Assembly: GCA_963815115.1 (NCBI GenBank)
Contig: CAWFFN010000009.1
Location: 1,632,001-1,696,000 of the forward strand
Direction: 5' to 3'
Source: an uncultured delta proteobacterium
Lineage (GTDB): Bacteria; Desulfobacterota; Binatia; DP-6
Length of the DNA stretch: 64,000 nucleotides
In this document: positions 1 to 11,491 of the stretch, in pieces
Layout of the letters: the number at the start of each line of letters is the position of its first letter
Numbering within the stretch: position 1 is the stretch's first letter
Made by a program: the position numbers and the translations under genes
The notes under the pieces: model-generated
What the model saw: the letters and a program-made list of their open reading frames with translations, nothing else
The model's database searches: none
What the model was told of the DNA's origin: nothing

Positions 1-554
1 ATCTCGCGCGCCTGCTCCGCGTCGATGGGGCGGGCCGACAGCAGCAGCGCCTGGGCGTGGACCCACGGGATCTGCCGGGGCAGGAGGACCGTGGCGTGGC
101 CGGTGGGGTAGAGCCCCAGGGCGACCTCCTCGAGCGCGAAGGTGGCCTGGGGGACGGCGTAGCGCACGTCAGACGCGAGCATGAGGTCGAAGCCGCCGGC
201 GCGGGCGTGGCCGTTGATGGCGCACACCAGCGGCACGCCGAGCTCGAAGCCGACCAGCGTCGCGGTGGCGACGTCGCGCAGCGCAGCGAAGGTGTCGTCG
301 TCGAGCCGCTCTCCGCGGGCGAGGCGCTGGGCCGCGGGAATGGTCGTCTTCATGTCCATCCCGCCGCAGAAGACGCGCTCGCCGGCGCCGGTGAGGACGG
401 CGCAGCGGATCTCGGGATCGGCCGCCACGCTCCGCCAGGCATCGGCGAGCCCGCGCAGGGTCGGCGGGTCGAGCGCATTCGCCGCCTCGGGGCGATCGAT
501 CGTCACCACCGCCACGTGCGGGTGGGCCGCGGGCAGTTCGAGGCGAGCGCTCAC
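1..554 (-). CDS. Enoyl-CoA hydratase/isomerase (crotonase family), runs off the window start
   Basis: Manual translation from GTG at 554 (GTGA overlap with the upstream stop): VVTIDRPEAANAL..AVLTGAGERVFCGGMDM..CAINGHARAGGFDLMLASDVRYA, typical crotonase motifs. Not in the ORF track. Confidence 0.9.
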   Translation of the reverse strand, partial: MSARLELPAAHPHVAVVTIDRPEAANALDPPTLRGLADAWRSVAADPEIRCAVLTGAGERVFCGGMDMKTTIPAAQRLARGERLDDDTFAALRDVATATLVGFELGVPLVCAINGHARAGGFDLMLASDVRYAVPQATFALEEVALGLYPTGHATVLLPRQIPWVHAQALLLSARPIDAEQARE

Positions 555-1210
555 GCTCCGCGTCGTCCTCCCCAGCTGTTCCAGTGCACGAGCTGCGTCG
601 AGGGAATCCGCCGGGCGGGCTTGAAATCGCTGCCGGTGTAGTGGGCCACCGGCAGCAGGGCGGTCTGGGTCACGTGCTCCGGGATGCCGAGGAGCTTGGC
701 GGCGTCCTGCTCGAACATGATGTGCAGCGTCGTCCACGCCGTGCCGAGGCCGCGCGCCCGGAGCGCCAGCATGAACGACCAGGCCGCCGGCAGGATGGAG
801 CCGTAGACCGACGCCTGGGCCAGGGTGCCGGCGTTCTCCACGCGGCCCTCGATGCAGGGAATGAGCATGACCGGCGCCTCGTGCATGTGCTCGGCCAGGT
901 AGGTCGCCGAGTCGACGACGCGAGGCATCTGCTGCATGCGCAGGTCGTCCTCGCTGAACGAGGGGCGCAGGGCGGGGTTGTTGGCGTAGAGCTCGAAGGC
1001 CTTGCGGTAGAGCTCGGCGAGGCCGCGCCGCTTGGCCGGATCGGTGACGACGACGAAGTGCCAGCCCTGGGCGTTCGACCCCGTCGGGGCCTGCATCGCG
1101 ATCGCGAGGCAACGCTCGATCACGGCGGGGTCGACCGGCTTCGAGAAGTCCAGCCGCTTGCGTACCGAGCGCGTGGTGGTGAGCAGCGTGTCGACGGTGG
1201 CGAGATCCAT
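551..1210 (-). CDS. Nitroreductase family protein
   Basis: TTRSVRKRL, APTGSNAQGWHFVVV and LALRARGLGTAW motifs. Confidence 0.9.
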   Translation of the reverse strand: MDLATVDTLLTTTRSVRKRLDFSKPVDPAVIERCLAIAMQAPTGSNAQGWHFVVVTDPAKRRGLAELYRKAFELYANNPALRPSFSEDDLRMQQMPRVVDSATYLAEHMHEAPVMLIPCIEGRVENAGTLAQASVYGSILPAAWSFMLALRARGLGTAWTTLHIMFEQDAAKLLGIPEHVTQTALLPVAHYTGSDFKPARRIPSTQLVHWNSWGGRRGA

Positions 1211-1230
1211 GCGAGCGGGTCCTCCCGGGC

Positions 1231-2556
<1,326 letters not shown>

Positions 2557-2659
2557 CGTGCCCTCCTGTAACATGTGGGGCCCGACATGACACGGGCCGG
2601 TCCCGCGAACGGAACCGGCCCGATGGAGGCTCGCTGCGACGCCCGGTCGAGGCGGCGCG

Positions 2660-4192
2660 CTAGTTGGTGCGGAGGCTGTTCACCAGCGCCGAGAGCTCGT
2701 CGAGCCGCGCCCCGACGTCCGCCTTGCACTCCGGCGTGATCCGGCCGTTCTTGGCGAGGCGGCCGGCCTGGGCCTGGGCCGCTCCGATGAGATTCGCCGA
2801 CTGCTTGAGGAGCGGATTGGGGTTCTTCGCCTGGGTCGCCCGCTGGACCCAGCTGCGGATCCGCTTGATCTTCTCCCGCAGGTTCAGCTTCTGCGCGATG
2901 TTGACGCCCGGGCAGGGCAGATCGTCGACCAGCTGGGTGGCGACGCACTGCGTTCCGGTGACGCCGGCCGGAGCCGCGTTCACGCACTTCCCGCCCACGC
3001 AGGCCTCCGTCGTGCACGGGAGCGTGTCGGCGGCGCACTGCGCGTCCGAGGTGCACTCGAGCCTGCAGGTGGCGGAGCAGCCATCGCCGCTCACCTTGTT
3101 GCCGTCGTCGCACTCCTCGTTCGGGTCGAGGTGGCCGTTGCCGCACTCGAGCCGGCAGGTGGCCGAACAGCCGTCGCCGCTGACGTTGTTGCCGTCGTCA
3201 CACTCCTCGCCCGGGGAGACGGCGCCGTTACCGCAGCCGGTGATCCGGCAGTTCTGATCGCAACCGTCCCCCGAGATCTGGTTGCCGTCGTCGCACTGCT
3301 CGCCCGGGTTCAGCTGTCCGTTGCCGCAGGTGCTCTGGCTGCTCTGGCACGTGGAGGAGCAGCCGTCGCCGTTCACGGTGTTGCCGTCATCGCACTGCTC
3401 ACCCGGGTCGACGATGCCGTTGCCGCATCCGGTGACCTTGCAATTGTTGTCGCAGCCGTCGCCGTTGACCTTGTTGCCGTCGTCGCACTGCTCGCCCGGG
3501 TCGACCTTGCCGTTGCCGCACTCGAGCTGGCAGGAGGAGGAGCACCCGTCGCCGTTCTGGTCGTTGCCGTCGTCGCACGCCTCGCCCTGGTCGACGTGCC
3601 CGTTGCCGCACAGGCTCGTCATGACCACCTCGACCGAGATGAACTGGTACGTCCCGTGCGTCACCGGATCCGTCACCGTGAAGTCCGGCGTGGTCACGGC
3701 GCCGGGATCGAAGCTGAAGATCACCTTGTCGAAGCTGCCCGACCCCCCGTTGACGGTCTCGGTCTGCCCCGCCGGCACGTCGCCGGAGTGGATGATGAAG
3801 GTGTCCTGGTCGCCCTCGCCGATGAGCGTGTCGGCTCCCGGGCCGCCGATGATGACGTCCTTGCCGCTGCCGCCGTTGATCACGTCGTCGCCGGGTCCGC
3901 CGTCGAGGAGGTCGTCGTCACCCTCGCCCTGGAGCTTGTCGTTGCCCGGCCCGCCGAACAGCTGATCCTTGAAGCTGCCGCCGATGATGCAATCGCTGCC
4001 GCCGTTGCCGTGCAGGATGTCCTGACCGCCGTTGCCGGTGATGCGGTCGTCCTGGTCCGTCCCGTCGATGACGTCGTTGGCGCTCGTCCCCGAGGCCGTC
4101 ACCCCCGTCGGACACGTGATCTGGGCATGCCCCCGGGCGGCAAAGCCAAGGACAACCAGTGCTAGCAGTGCGGCTCTCGTCATCGCGATCAT
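2660..4192 (-). CDS. Secreted protein with RTX-type Ca-binding repeats, six Myxococcus-type Cys-rich repeats and a helical C-terminal domain
   Basis: Signal peptide; GGxGxD nonapeptide repeats; six CGNGxxDxGExCDDGNxxxGDGC units. Confidence 0.85.
   Translation of the reverse strand: MIAMTRAALLALVVLGFAARGHAQITCPTGVTASGTSANDVIDGTDQDDRITGNGGQDILHGNGGSDCIIGGSFKDQLFGGPGNDKLQGEGDDDLLDGGPGDDVINGGSGKDVIIGGPGADTLIGEGDQDTFIIHSGDVPAGQTETVNGGSGSFDKVIFSFDPGAVTTPDFTVTDPVTHGTYQFISVEVVMTSLCGNGHVDQGEACDDGNDQNGDGCSSSCQLECGNGKVDPGEQCDDGNKVNGDGCDNNCKVTGCGNGIVDPGEQCDDGNTVNGDGCSSTCQSSQSTCGNGQLNPGEQCDDGNQISGDGCDQNCRITGCGNGAVSPGEECDDGNNVSGDGCSATCRLECGNGHLDPNEECDDGNKVSGDGCSATCRLECTSDAQCAADTLPCTTEACVGGKCVNAAPAGVTGTQCVATQLVDDLPCPGVNIAQKLNLREKIKRIRSWVQRATQAKNPNPLLKQSANLIGAAQAQAGRLAKNGRITPECKADVGARLDELSALVNSLRTN
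3066..3610 (-). repeat. Six tandem Cys-rich (CGNG..CDDGN..GDGC) coding repeats
   Basis: Visible in the translation and as recurring 'gttgccgtcgtcgcac' DNA; ends approximate. Confidence 0.85.
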
Positions 4193-4354
4193 CGAGACTC
4201 CTCCCCGATCCTCCGAGATGTTCCAAAAGATGGATGCAGGTCAATGGGAAAATGGTTGTGGATGCGAGAAAATCCGGACTTTTCCTCGCCGGCGTGCGGG
4301 GGCGCCGGGATACCGGCCCGAAGGTACTGTCATGCTCTACTACCTTCGGACGGG

Positions 4355-5131
4355 TCAAGCCGAGTGACCGGGCGACCGTGGAGGCTCCGGCCGTCCCGGG
4401 GCGGCCGAGCCGTGGCGGCCCCAGAACCGCTCCAGCGCCGCCGCCGCCTCCCGAGGCCGCTCGTGAGGCCACCAGTGGCTGCAGCCGTCGAGGAGCACCA
4501 GCTCGCCCCGCACGCGCGCCGCCAGGCGCTCGGCGAAGCGCGGCGCGACATAGGGGTCGTCGCGGCCCCACAGGATCAGCGCGGGCCGCGTGATGCGGGC
4601 CACGTCGTCCTCCCACTCCTCCCCGACGTGGACCGCCGAGCGGTAGAGGCGCAGGATGCAGTCCTTCATCAGGTCGTCGACCTGCTCGGCGACGGCGCGG
4701 GCGTCCGCGGCGGGAACGCCGCTCGCGGGGAGGCCCTCGGCGAGCGCGTCGGCCGTCATCACCGACATGATCGCCTCGCCCACGTCCGGGGTCTGCCACT
4801 GCCGGGCGAGATCGTGCCAGACGTACTCGCGATCGATGGGGCCGTTGCCGCACGCCCACGTGCGGACGAGATCCGGTCGGAGCGAGACGACGCGCTGGAC
4901 GAGGAGCGAGCCCCAGTCGTGGCCCACGAGGTCGACGGGCTCGCCGACGCGCTCGAGCTCCGCCGCGAGCCAGGTGACGTACGCTTCCTTGGTGGCGGCG
5001 AACCCGGCGGGCAGCGGGCAGCCGAATCCCGGCAGGGCGGGCGCGAGCACGTCGCGCCGCGAGAGGTGGGCGCGGAGCTTGTCCCAGAGCCGGTAGGTGT
5101 CGGGCACGCCGTGCACGAGAACTGCGGGCAT
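4355..5131 (-). CDS. Alpha/beta hydrolase (epoxide hydrolase/dehalogenase-like)
   Basis: Start MPAVLVHGVPD; nucleophile elbow GHDWG; WGRDDPY and catalytic His region CSHW. Confidence 0.88.
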   Translation of the reverse strand: MPAVLVHGVPDTYRLWDKLRAHLSRRDVLAPALPGFGCPLPAGFAATKEAYVTWLAAELERVGEPVDLVGHDWGSLLVQRVVSLRPDLVRTWACGNGPIDREYVWHDLARQWQTPDVGEAIMSVMTADALAEGLPASGVPAADARAVAEQVDDLMKDCILRLYRSAVHVGEEWEDDVARITRPALILWGRDDPYVAPRFAERLAARVRGELVLLDGCSHWWPHERPREAAAALERFWGRHGSAAPGRPEPPRSPGHSA

Positions 5132-5254
5132 GCGCCAGGATGGCCCGCCGCCTCGACCTCTTTCAACCCGAGGCGGTCGCGCTTCCCCGTGAACGTCCAG
5201 GCGCGCTAGTCTCCGCGCTCCAGGCCACGAGCACGTGCCGGAGGCGGGAACGTC

Positions 5255-5683
5255 ATGGTGACTCTCGGCGATCGCGTCCACGCAGGCCTCATGCGCGCCG
5301 CCGCCGTGGGGACCATCGCCTACTGGGTGGCCTACTTCGCCTTCGGCGCCGTGCAGACCCGTGGCGATCCCGGCTACGTCGCGTTCGAGAACGCCTTTCC
5401 GCTCGCCGACGCCTACATGGCGGCGGCGTATCTCGTGGCGGCGCATCTCCTCGTCCGCGGTCGCGCCGCCGCGGTGCCGGCCGGCATCGCCGCCGGGAGC
5501 GCGATGGTGTTTCTCGGGCTCATGGACGCGCTCTTCAACCTGGAGCACGCGCAGTACGCCGCCCGGACGCCGGAGATGGCCATCGAGACGGGGATCAACG
5601 TCGTGTGCCTCGTCTTCGGCCCGTGGACGATGTTGCGGCTGTGGAAGGCGCGGCGGCGGCTGGAAGGCGAGGCCGGCCGGTGA
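5255..5683 (+). CDS. Hypothetical membrane protein (about 4 TM)
   Basis: Hydrophobic segments, FENAFPLAD motif, GC3-rich codons. Confidence 0.7.
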   Translation: MVTLGDRVHAGLMRAAAVGTIAYWVAYFAFGAVQTRGDPGYVAFENAFPLADAYMAAAYLVAAHLLVRGRAAAVPAGIAAGSAMVFLGLMDALFNLEHAQYAARTPEMAIETGINVVCLVFGPWTMLRLWKARRRLEGEAGR

Positions 5684-5763
5684 GGGAGGGGGCTCGCTAG
5701 CGCTCAGGTCGATGGTGATCAACACATTGGGAATCGCGAGTCTACCAAGGGAGGAGAGACGCA

Positions 5764-7182
5764 ATGCGGACGAGGACGCCGAGACTGGTCGGGATGGCCT
5801 TCACCCTCATCGTGCTGGGCGCCATGCCGAGCATGGCCCAGGACAAGCGCGCCAATGGTGAAGCCAAGCAGATCGCCGAGCAGGCGTTCATCTACGGCTT
5901 CCCGATGGTCATGAACTATGCCGTGTTCTACGAGTACTTCGTCGACAAGACCTCGCCGGAGTACAAGGCCCCGATCAACCAGCTCTACAACACGGCGCGC
6001 GTGTACACGCCGAAGGACACGGCGATCGTCACGCCCAACAGCGATACGCCGTACTCGTTCGTCGCCATGGACCTTCGCGCGGAGCCGTTCGTGCTGTGCA
6101 ATCCGGAGATCGAGAAGTCGCGGTATTTCTCGGTGCAGCTCGTCGACATGTACACGTTCAACTACGGCTACATGGGGAGCCGCACCACGGGCAACGGCGC
6201 CGCCTGCCACATGATCGCCGGTCCCGGCTGGAAGGGCGAGAAGCCGGAAGGGATCGCCAAGGTGTTCCGCAGCGAGACGGACTTCTCGATGGCGATCATC
6301 CGCACGCAGCTCTTCAATCCGGCGGACATCGAGAACGTGAAGAAGATACAGGCCGGCTACCGTGGCCAGACACTCTCGCAGTTCCAGAACAAGGCTGCAC
6401 CGCCTCCCGCTCCGGAGATCACCTGGCCGAAGATCGACAAGAAGCTGGCCGACTCCGATCCCTTCGCCTACCTGAACTTCGTCCTGCAGTTCGCCCCCCC
6501 GACGGGACCCGCGGCGGCGGAGGCATCCCTGCGGGCTCGGTTCGCGAAGATCGGGGTCGAGGCCGGCAAGCCCTTCCCGGGGGACACGCTCACACCGGAG
6601 CACAAGGCGGAGCTGGAAATGGGCATGAAGAGCGGGATCGAGAAGATCAAGCAGAGGGCTGTGGCGCTCGGCAAGGAGGAGAACGGGTGGCGTGTCGCCA
6701 CCAAGGGCTTCGGCGACCGCCAGGCATACGCCGGGGACTGGACACTCCGCGCCGCCGCGGCGATGGCCGGAATCTATGGCAATGACGCGGCCGAGGCGCT
6801 GTATCCGATGCTCGCCACCGACAGCGACGCGAAGACGCCGGATGGCAGCACGAACCGCTACACGCTGACGTTCCCGGCCGGGCAGCTGCCGCCCGCCAAC
6901 GCCTTCTGGTCGGTGACGATGTACGACGGCAGGACGCAGCTACTGGTCGAGAATCCGATCGACCGCTACCTGATCAACTCGCCGATGCTGCCGGACCTGA
7001 AGAAGAATCCGGACGGCTCACTCACCATCGACATCCGGAAGGACTCGCCAGGCAAAGACAAGGAATCGAACTGGCTGCCGGCGCCGGATGGCCCGATCTA
7101 CCTGGTGATGCGTCTCTACTGGCCGAAGGAGGCGGCGCTGAAAGGATCGTGGAAGCCGCCGCCCGTGCAGCGGACCAGGTGA
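5764..7182 (+). CDS. DUF1254/DUF1214 exported protein
   Basis: Signal peptide; AFIYGFP, TPNSDTPYS, FWSVTMYD, NWLPAP and MRLYWP motifs. Confidence 0.9.
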   Translation: MRTRTPRLVGMAFTLIVLGAMPSMAQDKRANGEAKQIAEQAFIYGFPMVMNYAVFYEYFVDKTSPEYKAPINQLYNTARVYTPKDTAIVTPNSDTPYSFVAMDLRAEPFVLCNPEIEKSRYFSVQLVDMYTFNYGYMGSRTTGNGAACHMIAGPGWKGEKPEGIAKVFRSETDFSMAIIRTQLFNPADIENVKKIQAGYRGQTLSQFQNKAAPPPAPEITWPKIDKKLADSDPFAYLNFVLQFAPPTGPAAAEASLRARFAKIGVEAGKPFPGDTLTPEHKAELEMGMKSGIEKIKQRAVALGKEENGWRVATKGFGDRQAYAGDWTLRAAAAMAGIYGNDAAEALYPMLATDSDAKTPDGSTNRYTLTFPAGQLPPANAFWSVTMYDGRTQLLVENPIDRYLINSPMLPDLKKNPDGSLTIDIRKDSPGKDKESNWLPAPDGPIYLVMRLYWPKEAALKGSWKPPPVQRTR

Positions 7183-7254
7183 GGGGTTCGCCTTCGCCTG
7201 TTGAGGACGGCTTCCCCCCGCTGCTCATGCGTCGATGACGAAGTCGACGAGACT

Positions 7255-7749
7255 TCAGAGGCCGATGACAGCGGGGCGGGGATGCCCGGCCTTGTGGCAA
7301 AGATCCAGATAGACGTCGATCAGAAACCCCGCGTCCCAGACGCTGGCCACGTTGCCCTGCTCGTCGAGGTTGAGGTTGGCGCCGCGGATCGCGAACCACA
7401 CGTCGGTGGTCTCGCGATTGGTCGGCGGCACGTGCAGGGTGTGGAGCGAACCCGCCGGCTCGTAGAGATACGAGCCGGCCGTGTTGACCTCGGGATATTC
7501 CAGGTAGCGCCACGCGCCAGAGAACGTCATGGCGAAGACCTCGCCGGTGTGCTCGTGGCGCGGCAACGTCACTCCGGGGGAAAACCGCGTGCGCACCACC
7601 CACAGGCCGCTCTCGACACTCGCCTGCAGCAGCTGGATGTCCAGACCCTCCATGAAATTCACGAAGGGCAGCTCGCCCTCTCCACGATGCAGGGCAGAAG
7701 GCAGGACGGGAACGGCGGATACGCTCGACGTCATCGGCATCTCCTTCAT
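7255..7749 (-). CDS. Cupin, 2,4'-dihydroxyacetophenone dioxygenase/ChrR-like family
   Basis: LPRHEHTG..WRYLEY..GSYLYEPAGSLHTL cupin motifs. Confidence 0.8.
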   Translation of the reverse strand: MKEMPMTSSVSAVPVLPSALHRGEGELPFVNFMEGLDIQLLQASVESGLWVVRTRFSPGVTLPRHEHTGEVFAMTFSGAWRYLEYPEVNTAGSYLYEPAGSLHTLHVPPTNRETTDVWFAIRGANLNLDEQGNVASVWDAGFLIDVYLDLCHKAGHPRPAVIGL

Positions 7750-8004
7750 GGGCCCGACGTTCCTTGGGCTGCGCGGCCGCGCGCGTGCGGACCATACCCG
7801 ACAAGCCGAGCAGCGAGTCAAGGCCATATCCATCTTCGCCGCGCGATCGTACGGGCGCACGCCGGGTCGGCCTAGGACCGTGACATCCGGTCCGCGCGAT
7901 CGCGAGGAACCCGGGACCCCGTGCGCCCCGTTGGCCGACATCTTGCCAAGCGGCTTCCAGCGGGGCTATCGCGCTGAACCTGGAAACGGGTGAGCCATGT
8001 GCCC

Positions 8005-8078
8005 GCACAACGCGCGCTTGCGCCGGACGGCGCTGCGTGCCGCCGCTGAACCAGGCGCACGCAACCAACGAGTTCGCC
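8005..8078 (+). mobile_element. Degenerate attC-like site (upstream of cupin gene)
   Basis: GCACAAC R''-like box followed by gcgcttgcgccggacggcgc-tgc-gtgccgccgctga inverted repeat; R' box poor. Confidence 0.3.
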
Positions 8079-8105
8079 GCTTCCCACGAAACGAGGAACC
8101 AACGA

Positions 8106-8486
8106 ATGGCGAAGTCCACCACACCGTACTGGAATCCGTTGACCTCAGAGAGCCAAGGGCGGTGGATGCCGGTCAAAGGGCTCGAGGGGATCGCCGAGGA
8201 ACTTACGCTCAGCATGGATCCAGCGACGGGCGAGTACACGCGACTGACGCGATTCCATCCCGGCGCCGATACGACGCCATTCGGCGGGAAGCGTCACGAC
8301 TACCCTGAGGAGGTCTTCATCGTGAGTGGTCGGCTCTACGATCACGCGTGCGACCTCTGGCTCGAAGTGGGCCACTATGCGAGCCGTCCTGCGGGTGAGA
8401 TGCATGGACCCTTCAAGACCGAGGTGGGCTGTGTCGTGCTAGAGCTATCCTTCCCCATGCGCGGGGCGGGACGTGAGGGCACCTGA
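8106..8486 (+). CDS. ChrR-like cupin domain protein
   Basis: TRLTRFHPG, HDYPEEVFIVSG and YASRPAGEMHGPF motifs. Confidence 0.85.
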   Translation: MAKSTTPYWNPLTSESQGRWMPVKGLEGIAEELTLSMDPATGEYTRLTRFHPGADTTPFGGKRHDYPEEVFIVSGRLYDHACDLWLEVGHYASRPAGEMHGPFKTEVGCVVLELSFPMRGAGREGT

Positions 8487-8592
8487 CACGGCGCTGCAAC
8501 CGCCCGCTCGCTGCGCTCGCGGCGACAGGCTGAGCGGCGGCGCCTGCAACGCCAGGCAGAGGAGCCGGCCGCTCGACGCCGAGCCGTTGGGC
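8481..8592 (+). mobile_element. Degenerate attC-like site (downstream of cupin gene)
   Basis: Stop codon lies within ACCTGAC (R''-like), followed by gcgctgcaac, internal dyads and an R'-type GTTGGGC at 8586-8592. Confidence 0.4.
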
Positions 8593-8777
8593 GACTCACG
8601 GTACGTGCGCTTCGACACGGCGGACCCGTGCCGTCGCCCCGACGCGAAGGAGCGGACGAGGATTGAAGCTTCCTCGAGGAGCCTTCAAGAAGGCGGCGCC
8701 CGCTTCGCGTTGACAGCGTCCATCCGCCCGGGCCATGCTCGAGAAGGTCGCAATCGGTTCACAACCATGGTGAAGCT

Positions 8778-9176
8778 ATGACCGAGCGCAAACCTGCGGG
8801 CGTCAGTTGGGAGTCGTGGGTCGAGGGGCAGATTCGCGACGGTATGGAGCGCGGAGAGTTCGACGATCTCCCGGGAGCCGGGAAGCCCCTCCGCAACATC
8901 GATCAACCGCATGACGAGACGTGGTGGCTCAGGGAGAAGCTTCGGCGGGAGAACGTCTCCTTCTTGCCTCCGGCGCTCGCTGTCCGCAAGGAGCTCGAGG
9001 ACGCCCTGGATCGGATCGCGAAGGCGGACACCGAGTCAGCCGTGCGACAGCTCGTCGCTGTGATCAACCAGCGGATCGTTCAGGTGAACTCACACGCGAC
9101 GTCTGGGCCGCCGACGAGTGTGATGCCCCTGGACGTGGATCGCGTCATCGAGGAGTGGCGGAACCGCGACAGCTGA
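8778..9176 (+). CDS. DUF1992 (DnaJ-associated domain) protein
   Basis: WESWVEGQIRDGMERGEFDDLPGAGKPL signature. Confidence 0.88.
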   Translation: MTERKPAGVSWESWVEGQIRDGMERGEFDDLPGAGKPLRNIDQPHDETWWLREKLRRENVSFLPPALAVRKELEDALDRIAKADTESAVRQLVAVINQRIVQVNSHATSGPPTSVMPLDVDRVIEEWRNRDS

Positions 9177-9300
9177 TTGCGGCCAGCGGCTGGACGCTAC
9201 GAGGAAATGGGCATCGAGCGGCGCACGTTGGTCGATCTCCTCCATGAGCGGCACGCCTCGGTGACGAGCCTGACCGCATGGTGGGAAAAGGGAGACCGAG

Positions 9301-9741
9301 ATGGCTGCAAAAGCGTTCGTGGTCGCGCCAAAGGATTACCCGCCTGCGCTCAACATCGTAGGCGAACACGTCACCGTGCTCGCATCGGGCGAAGCGACGG
9401 AAGGCTACGAGGTCTTCCTCCAGCGTGGGCCCGAAGGCAGTGGCCCGCCACCGCATAGCCATCCTTGGGACGAGTCCTTCTTCGTCGTCAACGGCCAGAT
9501 CGATTTCGGCATCGGTGCCGAGTCGACGACGGCATCGTCCGGCACCCTTGTTCACCTTCCCGCCGGCACCGTGCATTGGTTCCGCTTTGGCAGGGGCGGC
9601 GCCGAAATGATCTCGATGACGTCGCGACTTGGTGCCTCGAAGATGTTCACCGACCTGGCCCTGGAAGTCGCGCCGGTCGATCCCGATTTGGGAAAGCTCG
9701 CAGAGGTCGGCGCCCGGCATGGGCTGAAAGTAGCGGTGTGA
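9301..9741 (+). CDS. Cupin domain protein
   Basis: GPPPHSHPWDESF and LPAGTVHWF motifs. Confidence 0.85.
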   Translation: MAAKAFVVAPKDYPPALNIVGEHVTVLASGEATEGYEVFLQRGPEGSGPPPHSHPWDESFFVVNGQIDFGIGAESTTASSGTLVHLPAGTVHWFRFGRGGAEMISMTSRLGASKMFTDLALEVAPVDPDLGKLAEVGARHGLKVAV

Positions 9742-9948
9742 ACAGGAGTCATGCCGCCCGCCCTGTCGCCATGGGCGGCGGGCCGCTCATGCACTCGGCG
9801 CTAGACGTACCAGCCGGAGGGATACTTCATGGCGATCGCAATGCCTGTTCAGGCGGCTCCTCAACTGGCATCCGCCGATAGAGGGGGAAGTCCGGGTGAG
9901 ACGATGCCCTCGTCGTCCGACCCCGCGCGTGGGCGCTGCGCGACGTAT

Positions 9949-10218
9949 CTACGGGAACACGACCTGGAAGGGCTTCACCTCGACGTGGTTGAACACGCCC
10001 TCCGTGACGTACGGGTCGCGCGCCACCAGCGCCCAGACCTCCGCCAGCGAATCGGCCTCGAGCACGATCAGGCTTCCGGTGCGATCGAGGAACGGACCGG
10101 CCAGGCGGACGCGGCCCGCCTCGGACAGTGGCCGCAGGTGCTCGAGGTGCGCCGGGCGCACCGCCGGGCGCTTCTGGGCGCCCTCGGGAGCGTCGTGGCC
10201 GATGATGACGTACAGCAT
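9949..10218 (-). CDS. YciI family protein
   Basis: RPAHLEHL, LAGP, GSLIV and DPYV motifs; SD AAGGAGG before ATG 10218. Confidence 0.9.
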   Translation of the reverse strand: MLYVIIGHDAPEGAQKRPAVRPAHLEHLRPLSEAGRVRLAGPFLDRTGSLIVLEADSLAEVWALVARDPYVTEGVFNHVEVKPFQVVFP

Positions 10219-10272
10219 GTCGGATCCGTCCTCCTTGCGCCGCGAGGTGGCGGCGGCTAGCGTTCGAGGGCG

Positions 10273-10677
10273 ATGGCGGACGACGAGCGCGACGGCACGG
10301 CGCCCCCACCCCTGCACTCGCACCTGATCGAGTTCCCCGAGGCGCTCGAGGCCTTCTTCTCCCGCATCGGCGAGCTGAAGGTCATCCTCGGCCCGCGTGC
10401 CGCGGGCGGCGTCGACGCCCTCGAGGCGCTCATCCGCGAGGGGCTTGCGGCGCGCGACCGCGGCGACCCCGTGTCGGCGATGGCGCGCATCACCCAGGCG
10501 ATGTCGCGCCTGGCCGAGCTGGCCGGTGAGAGCGACGCGGCCGAGGCGCCCATGCTGCGCGCCATGGCCGAGCACTTCGCGGCGGCGCTCCGGCGCGGCT
10601 CCCTCGGCGACGCCAAGGACGCCGCCGAGGCGATGCGGACGCGCTCGGGCAGCACGGTCATTCCGCGGCGGCGGTGA
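10273..10677 (+). CDS. Hypothetical helical protein
   Basis: Coding-like codon usage; no recognised motif. Confidence 0.6.
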   Translation: MADDERDGTAPPPLHSHLIEFPEALEAFFSRIGELKVILGPRAAGGVDALEALIREGLAARDRGDPVSAMARITQAMSRLAELAGESDAAEAPMLRAMAEHFAAALRRGSLGDAKDAAEAMRTRSGSTVIPRRR

Positions 10678-11491
10678 GCTCGTCCGGCGCGGCGAGGCAC
10701 GCGGCCAGGCGTTCGAGCGCCCGGGCGGCGTAGAACCCGTCCTCGACGCGCTCGTCGTAGGTGTAGCGCAGCCGGAACACCTCGTCGCTCCCCACGCTGC
10801 CGTCCTCCCTGACCAGCGGCGCGCGCTGCACGCGGCCCATGGTGATGAAGATCGGGATGGTGCCGTAGTCGTAGAGGTGGTGAAACGCGGCGTCGAGGCC
10901 GACGCTGCCCAGGTTGGCGATGAACGCCGACGCGTAGAGTGGGTCGTCCTTGATGAGCGCGGCCGGCAGCAGGTTCCACCCGTCGAGCACGCGTTGCGCG
11001 CGCACCGCCAGGCGCAGCAGCGGGGCGGGCAGGCGGAGGAAGCCCTTCACCTCGCGGTCGGCGGCGGTCTCGCGGCCCGAGCGGCCTTCGCCGAGCACGG
11101 AGAGGAGCCGGTCGACCATCGCCGGCAGCGGCTCGCCGCGCCTGAACTCGATCTTCGCCGTGAAGATGGGCGCGTCGCGGTGCATCTGCTGCTTGGCGCT
11201 GAAGGCGAGCCAGATGCCGCGGCGGTCGTAGAGCCGGCTACCGACGACGAAGCGGTTCAGCCGCGGGAAGTCGGTGAGCGCGATTCCGATGGCGTAGAGG
11301 ACGCAGTGGAAGTAGGTGACGCGGCGATCGGCCGGTCGAGCCGCGTTCACGCCCTCGAGCAGCGCCCGCAGCGGCGCGGTCGGGATGTCCTGCTCGAAGA
11401 GAACGAAGGCGCCGTTCCGGACCGGCATGATGAAGGGCATGATCCGGCGGATCGGGTGGACCTGTGCGACCGGTGTGCCGTCAATGCGCAT
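10658..11491 (-). CDS. 2-oxoacid dehydrogenase E2-like catalytic-domain-only acyltransferase
   Basis: LNRFVVG..Y, FIANLGSVG and YDERVEDG (DHR..DG equivalent); no lipoyl domain; start overlaps the GMC stop. Confidence 0.75.
   Translation of the reverse strand: MRIDGTPVAQVHPIRRIMPFIMPVRNGAFVLFEQDIPTAPLRALLEGVNAARPADRRVTYFHCVLYAIGIALTDFPRLNRFVVGSRLYDRRGIWLAFSAKQQMHRDAPIFTAKIEFRRGEPLPAMVDRLLSVLGEGRSGRETAADREVKGFLRLPAPLLRLAVRAQRVLDGWNLLPAALIKDDPLYASAFIANLGSVGLDAAFHHLYDYGTIPIFITMGRVQRAPLVREDGSVGSDEVFRLRYTYDERVEDGFYAARALERLAACLAAPDELTAAAE

Noticed and set aside
3066-3610. CRISPR-like periodic repeats
   Set aside because: They are in-frame coding Cys-rich repeats; there are no unique spacers or cas genes.
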